From assembly GCA_040770465.1 (NCBI GenBank), contig JAXGJB010000009.1, forward strand, positions 1 to 64,000: a stretch of 64,000 bases of DNA, read 5' to 3'. A program made the position numbers and the translations under genes. This DNA comes from Methanothrix sp. GTDB taxonomy: Archaea > Halobacteriota > Methanosarcinia > Methanotrichales > Methanotrichaceae. The notes under the pieces were generated by a model. That model did not search any database, had not been told where the DNA came from, and saw nothing but the letters and a program-made list of their open reading frames with translations. Of this stretch, positions 58,704 through 64,000 are shown piece after piece; positions within the stretch are counted from its first letter, which is position 1, and each line of letters starts with the position of its first letter.

Positions 58704-60869
58704 ATGAATAAGACCATCACTCTCAAGGTGGCGGAAGCCTACCACAGGGACGTCGGCAGGGGCATCGCAAGGCTCGGCCAGGATCTCATCGGCGAGATGG
58801 GGCTTGAGGCGGGCGGCGTCGTGGAGATCCAGAGCAAGAAGACCACCGCCTACGCCGTAGCCTGGCAGATATCTTCCAAGGACTCGACGGACGTCATCAG
58901 GATAGACGGAAACCTCAGAGGCAACCTGGGGATCGGGATAGACGACAGGGTGGTCGTCAGAAAGAGCGAGGCAAGGCCCGCGAAGAGGGTCGTCGTCGCC
59001 CCCACGACCAGGACGAGGCTCATCGGTGGACCTCAGTACCTCCACCGGACCCTCCTGGGCCGGCCCATCGTCAAGGGCGAGCAGCTGAGAATCGAGATGA
59101 TATCGTCGTCCCTCGGCTTTGTGGTGGTGAGCACCTTCCCGAAGGGACCGGTGGTGGTCGCCGCCGAGACCGAGATCAAGATCCTGAAGGAGACCCTCGA
59201 GGAGATGGCGGTGAGGGAGATCTCTTATGAGGACATAGGGGGCCTCTCGATGGAGATCAGGATGGTCAGGGAGATGATCGAGCTTCCCCTCCGCCACCCC
59301 GAGATCTTCCAAAAGTTGGGGATAAAACCCCCACAGGGCCTCCTCCTTTTCGGCCCGCCGGGGACCGGAAAGACCCTCATCGCCCGGGCCGTGGCCGGCG
59401 AGACCGAGGCGAACTTCATCAGCATCAGCGGCCCCGAGATCACCTCCAAGTTCTACGGCGAGTCAGAAAAGAGGCTCCGGGAGATCTTCGAGGAGGCGGA
59501 GAGGTCCGCTCCCTCGATCGTCTTCATCGACGAGATCGACTCGATAGCCCCGAAGAGGGAGGAGGTGGCAGGCGACCTGGAACGGAGGGTGGTGGCCCAG
59601 CTCCTCTCCCTCATGGACGGCCTCGCCTCCCGGGGGGAGGTGATCGTCATCGCCGCCACCAACAGGCCGAACACCCTCGACCCCGCCATCCGACGGGGCG
59701 GCAGGTTCGACCGGGAGATCGAGATCGGAATCCCCGACAAGAACGGGAGGCTCGAGATCCTCTACGTCCACACGAGGGGTATGCCCATCTCCGAGGGCGT
59801 TGACCTGGAGTCGATCGCCGAGATGACCCACGGCTTCGTCGGGGCGGACCTCGCCTCCCTCTGCAAGGAGGCGGCGATGCACACGTTGAACAGGCTGATC
59901 CCGGACCTCGACTCCGAGGAGGAGATCCCCGGCGGGGTCCTCGAAGATCTGATGGTGACGGAGGACGACTTTCGGTTCGCTCTCAAGATGATCGAGCCCT
60001 CCGCCATGAGAGAGGTCTTCGTGGAGGTCGCCGAAGTCCACTGGGACGAGGTCGGCGGCCTCGACCGGGCGAAGCAGGATCTGGTGGAGGCGGTCGAGTG
60101 GCCCCTCAAGTATCCGGACGCCTTCGAGTCGATCGGGATCAGGCCTCCCCGGGGCGTCCTCCTCCTCGGCCCGCCCGGCACGGGAAAGACCCTCCTCGCC
60201 AAGGCCGTGGCCACCGAGAGCGGGGTCAACTTCATCTCGGTGAAGGGGCCGGAGCTCCTCTCCAAGTGGGTCGGCGAGTCGGAACGGGCGGTGAGAGAGG
60301 TCTTCCGGAAGGCGAGGCAGGCGGCTCCATCCCTCATCTTCTTCGACGAGGTGGACTCGATGATCCCTGCCCGGGGGTCGGGGCTCGACTCTCACGCCAC
60401 CGAGAGGGTGGTGAGCCAGTTTCTGACGGAGATGGACGGGGTCGTCGAGCTGAAGGACGTCGTCGTCCTCGCCGCCACCAACAGGCCCGACCTCCTCGAC
60501 CCCTCCCTCCTCCGGCCGGGGCGGCTGGACCGATTGATAAGAATACCGATGCCCGACGGAGAAGCGAGGGAGAAGATATTCGAGATCCACCTCTCAGAAA
60601 TGCCCCTCGCCGAGGGCGTCTCCATCTCCGACCTGGCGGAGATGACCGACGGCTGGACCGGAGCTGACATCGAGACCCTCTGCCGCGAAGCTGGGATGAT
60701 CGCCCTCAGGGAGAAGATCGTCCCGGGTATGAGAAGAGAGGAGCTGATACCAGACGATATCCAGGTCGAAGGTCGCCACTTCCGGGAGGCCTTTGAGAGG
60801 GTCAAGCCTCACCTGACGCCGGAGATGGTGGGGGATTACGCGAGGCTTATGAAGGAGTTCGAGGTGTGA
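58704..60869 (+). CDS. cdc48: CDC48/VAT AAA+ ATPase
   Basis: N-domain (RDVGRGIAR), two AAA modules with GPPGTGKT, and EPSAMRE linker. Confidence 0.96.
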   Translation: MNKTITLKVAEAYHRDVGRGIARLGQDLIGEMGLEAGGVVEIQSKKTTAYAVAWQISSKDSTDVIRIDGNLRGNLGIGIDDRVVVRKSEARPAKRVVVAPTTRTRLIGGPQYLHRTLLGRPIVKGEQLRIEMISSSLGFVVVSTFPKGPVVVAAETEIKILKETLEEMAVREISYEDIGGLSMEIRMVREMIELPLRHPEIFQKLGIKPPQGLLLFGPPGTGKTLIARAVAGETEANFISISGPEITSKFYGESEKRLREIFEEAERSAPSIVFIDEIDSIAPKREEVAGDLERRVVAQLLSLMDGLASRGEVIVIAATNRPNTLDPAIRRGGRFDREIEIGIPDKNGRLEILYVHTRGMPISEGVDLESIAEMTHGFVGADLASLCKEAAMHTLNRLIPDLDSEEEIPGGVLEDLMVTEDDFRFALKMIEPSAMREVFVEVAEVHWDEVGGLDRAKQDLVEAVEWPLKYPDAFESIGIRPPRGVLLLGPPGTGKTLLAKAVATESGVNFISVKGPELLSKWVGESERAVREVFRKARQAAPSLIFFDEVDSMIPARGSGLDSHATERVVSQFLTEMDGVVELKDVVVLAATNRPDLLDPSLLRPGRLDRLIRIPMPDGEAREKIFEIHLSEMPLAEGVSISDLAEMTDGWTGADIETLCREAGMIALREKIVPGMRREELIPDDIQVEGRHFREAFERVKPHLTPEMVGDYARLMKEFEV

Positions 60870-60918
60870 GAGCAAATTGACGATTCAGCATCAGTTATTT
60901 AGGCTAGAAGGTTCACCT

Positions 60919-62841
60919 ATGGTCGAGAGGGCCGATATTTTGTTGGACGACGAGAAGAAGGATCTGTTGGGGATCACCGAGTTCGAGGACACCAGCAGCG
61001 TCAAGGTGCCTGAGAGTCTGATCGACCAGGTGATCGGCCAGGACGAGGCGGTGGAGGTCATAAAGAAGGCGGCCCACCAGCGCCGCCACGTGATGTTGAT
61101 AGGCTCCCCCGGCACGGGCAAATCGATGCTGGGAAGGGCCATGAGCGAGCTTCTCCCCGTAGAGGATCTCCAGGACGTTCTGGTCTACAACAACCCCGAG
61201 GATAACAACAACCCCAAGGTCAGGGTAGTCCCGGCGGGAAGGGGAAGGCAGATAGTCGACGCCCACAAGATGGAGGCGCGGAAGAAGACCCAGACCAGGA
61301 ACATGTTCTTCATGCTGATCATGATGGGCCTGCTCGTCTACGCCTACTATACGGGCCAGCTCCTCTTCGGGATCATAGCCGCGGCCCTGATATTCCTCTC
61401 CATGCGCTACCTCATCCCCAAGGACGACTCTCTGGTGCCGAAGCTATTGGTGGACAACAGCAAACAGAAGAAGGCGCCTTACGTCGACGCCACGGGAGCC
61501 CACGCCGGAGCCCTCCTTGGAGACGTCCGCCACGACCCCTTCCAGTCCGGCGGCCTTGAGACCCCGAGCCACGATCGGGTCGAGTGCGGCGCCATCCACA
61601 GGGCCCACAAGGGCGTCCTCTTCATCGACGAGGTGAACACCCTCCGGCTCGAGTCCCAGCAGAGCCTCCTCACCTCCCTCCAGGAAGGAGAGTACCCCAT
61701 AACCGGCCAGTCCGAGCGCTCCTCCGGAGCCCTGGTCAGGACCGACCCCGTACCCTGCGACTTCGTCATGATCGCCGCTGGAAACCTCGACGCCATGGGG
61801 GGGATGCATCCCGCCTTGCGGTCCAGGATCAAGGGTTACGGCTACGAGGTCTACATGAGAGACACCATGGACGACACCGTAGAGAACCGGGAGAAGCTGG
61901 TCCGGTTCGTCGCCCAGGAGGTGACGAGGGACGGGAAGATCCCCCACTTCACCAGGGACGCCGTCGCCGAGATCGTGAGAGAGGCGAAGAGGCGGGCCGG
62001 GAGGAAGGGCCACTTGACCCTCCTCCTGCGGGATCTGGGCGGCCTGATCAGGGTGGCAGGCGACGTCGCCCGGTCCGAAGGAGCAGCCCTCACCGACGCC
62101 AGGCACGTCCTCGAAGCCAAGAAGATGGCCCGGTCCGTCGAGCAGCAGCTCGCCGACATGTACCTGGAGCGGAGGAAGGACTACAGCATGTTCAAGAACG
62201 CCGGAGCCGAGATCGGGAGGGTCAACGGCCTCGCCGTCGTCGGAGACTCGGGGATAGTCCTCCCCATAATGGCCGAGGTCACCCCTGCCCAGTCCAAGGA
62301 GGAGGGGAAGGTGATCGCCACAGGCCGGCTCCAGGAGATCGCAAAAGAGGCGGTCCAGAACGTCTCGGCCCTGATCAAGAAGTTCCTCGGAGAGGACATC
62401 ACCAACAAAGACGTACACATCCAGTTCATAGGAACCTACGAGGGGGTCGAAGGTGACAGCGCATCGATATCGATAGCGACAGCGGTGATCTCCGCCCTCG
62501 AAAGCGTACCCATCAAGCAGAACATAGCCATGACGGGGTCCCTATCGGTGAGGGGCGACGTCCTCCCCGTCGGAGGCGTCACCCAGAAGATCGAGGCCGC
62601 GGCCCAGGCCGGGATCACCACCGTCCTCATCCCCAAGTCCAACGAGGGGGACGTCCTGATCGATGAGACCTTCAGGGACAGGATCAAGATCATACCGGTC
62701 ACTTCGATCAGCGAGGTCTTCGAGTACAGCTTCTCGGGCCAGAAGCCGAAGCTTCTGGAGAAATTGAAGAAGTTCGCCGCGGAGAAGAAGCTTGGGATCG
62801 TCCTCCCCGAGACGATCCCGACTCCGAGCAAAAGTCTGTAG
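60919..62841 (+). CDS. lonB: Membrane-bound ATP-dependent protease LonB
   Basis: LIDQVIGQD, GSPGTGKS, TM insert, HDPFQSGG, EGDSAS (catalytic Ser) and VGGVTQKIEAA motifs. Confidence 0.96.
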   Translation: MVERADILLDDEKKDLLGITEFEDTSSVKVPESLIDQVIGQDEAVEVIKKAAHQRRHVMLIGSPGTGKSMLGRAMSELLPVEDLQDVLVYNNPEDNNNPKVRVVPAGRGRQIVDAHKMEARKKTQTRNMFFMLIMMGLLVYAYYTGQLLFGIIAAALIFLSMRYLIPKDDSLVPKLLVDNSKQKKAPYVDATGAHAGALLGDVRHDPFQSGGLETPSHDRVECGAIHRAHKGVLFIDEVNTLRLESQQSLLTSLQEGEYPITGQSERSSGALVRTDPVPCDFVMIAAGNLDAMGGMHPALRSRIKGYGYEVYMRDTMDDTVENREKLVRFVAQEVTRDGKIPHFTRDAVAEIVREAKRRAGRKGHLTLLLRDLGGLIRVAGDVARSEGAALTDARHVLEAKKMARSVEQQLADMYLERRKDYSMFKNAGAEIGRVNGLAVVGDSGIVLPIMAEVTPAQSKEEGKVIATGRLQEIAKEAVQNVSALIKKFLGEDITNKDVHIQFIGTYEGVEGDSASISIATAVISALESVPIKQNIAMTGSLSVRGDVLPVGGVTQKIEAAAQAGITTVLIPKSNEGDVLIDETFRDRIKIIPVTSISEVFEYSFSGQKPKLLEKLKKFAAEKKLGIVLPETIPTPSKSL

Positions 62842-62986
62842 TTGGTGGAACGAGGGAGAGATAGCGGAAAAAGCACCTTTTTGCGGAGCAGGTCTCTCAC
62901 ATCATCCGAGTCGCGGCCGAAATACCGCGGCCGCTCCCCTCGCAGCCGTTCTTTTTGAGTTTTGCACATTTATCGTGCCGTCGGCT

Positions 62987-63068
62987 CTGACAGACATGTT
63001 TTGATCTCTGCTGACAGACATGTTTTGATCTCTGCTGACAGACATGTTTTGATCTCTGCTGACAGACA
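62987..63068 (+). repeat. 24-bp tandem repeat (CTGACAGACATGTTTTGATCTCTG), three copies plus a partial copy
   Basis: Three perfect adjacent units immediately before a GTTAAGT TATA-like element upstream of tldD. Confidence 0.95.
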
Positions 63069-63125
63069 GGGTTAAGTCATACCAGCACCCTCCTCTCGTC
63101 GGAGAAGTCTGTAGAGGCGGATCAG

Positions 63126-64000
63126 ATGGACGAATTTCACGATCAGCGAATTATAAGGGGCAAGAGCACGAGGGTGGTCCTGGACAACGGGGAGCTGGAC
63201 GAGATCTCGGAGAGTTTCTTTCTGGGAGCTGCCGTCAGGGCCCTTTCGGGAGGGTCCTGGGGATTCGTCCAGACCGAGAGCCTCGACGACCTGGCGAAAG
63301 ATCTAAAGACGGCAAAACGGGCCGCGAGGAGGATCGCCGGAGCCGAGCGGCTGGATCTGGCTCAGTCTCTTCCCGGCAAGAGCGCGAAGGTTCCCGTGAA
63401 GAAGGACCCGGGCGACCTCTCTTTGGAGGAGAAGGTTGGCCTTCTCCGGGAGATAGAGGACGCCGCCAAGGTGAAAGGGGTCTCCAGCACCCAGGCGGTC
63501 TACAACGAAGTCGTGGTGAAGACCAATTATACCAGCTCCGACGGCAGGGATATCGAGGGCGAGACGACGAGGGTCGGGTTCTACGTCACCGCCGTCGCCA
63601 GCCGCTCCGGCGTCTACCAGGCTGGGATGGAGAGCAGAGCCGGGACCTGCGGCCTTGAGCTCTTCGACGACGTCGATGCACCGGCCCTCGCCCGGCGGGC
63701 TGGAGAGACCGCTGTGGCACTGCTGGAGGCGAAGGCCCCGAAGGGGGGGAGCTATCCCGTCGTCGTCGATCAGGAGCTCGGCGGCGTCTTCGTCCACGAG
63801 GCGGTGGGCCACGCCGTCGAGGCGGACATCGTCCTTGAGGGCGGCTCGATCCTGGAGGGGAAGATCGGCGATGTGATCGGCTCAGAGCTGGTGACGGTCA
63901 AAGACGACCCGAGCCTCCCCCTCTACGGCCACTACCCCTTCGACGACGAGGGGAGCGCCTCCGGCGAGACGATCCTGGTCGAGAACGGCATCCTCCGATC
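63126..64000 (+). CDS. tldD: TldD/PmbA family metalloprotease (runs off the window end)
   Basis: Open frame from ATG 63126: GAAVRALSGGSWGF, GVFVHEAVGHAVEAD (HExxxH) and FDDEG. Confidence 0.9.
   Translation, partial: MDEFHDQRIIRGKSTRVVLDNGELDEISESFFLGAAVRALSGGSWGFVQTESLDDLAKDLKTAKRAARRIAGAERLDLAQSLPGKSAKVPVKKDPGDLSLEEKVGLLREIEDAAKVKGVSSTQAVYNEVVVKTNYTSSDGRDIEGETTRVGFYVTAVASRSGVYQAGMESRAGTCGLELFDDVDAPALARRAGETAVALLEAKAPKGGSYPVVVDQELGGVFVHEAVGHAVEADIVLEGGSILEGKIGDVIGSELVTVKDDPSLPLYGHYPFDDEGSASGETILVENGILR

Noticed and set aside
62987-63068. CRISPR array
   Set aside because: 24-bp units are contiguous, with no unique spacers.

Overview
GC-rich archaeal chromosome segment, by gene content and style a Methanothrix/Methanosaeta-like methanogen (inference). 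It is mostly housekeeping: eno, archaeal mat, pan, mscS, engB, aglJ, a phosphohexomutase, rlmE, geranylgeranyl reductase, aroK/chorismate mutase/purE, beta-RFAP synthase fused to a chorismate-lyase-like domain, class II HMG-CoA reductase, pheA, ino1, oapABC, argG, and an htpX-ArsR-cdc48-lonB-tldD proteostasis cluster. No rRNA, tRNA, CRISPR array or intact IS was recognised. The main unexplained structures are: (1) two tandem, promoter-driven ~70-nt hairpin RNAs (9.1-9.4 kb) with C-rich anti-Shine-Dalgarno-like loops, one of which is complementary to the RBS of both large secreted proteins in (2) a nearby duplicated two-gene secreted cassette (a variable repeat protein plus a near-identical Cys-tailed partner); (3) an AT-rich secreted GH30 glycosidase inserted beside toxin-antitoxin genes and flanked by a 60-bp duplication of the start of the GGR gene; (4) a C7-tract frameshift in a redoxin-CcdA/DsbD fusion; (5) a sensor whose kinase H-box has decayed; (6) two small proteins missing from the ORF track. 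All alignments were made by eye and no database searches were run.
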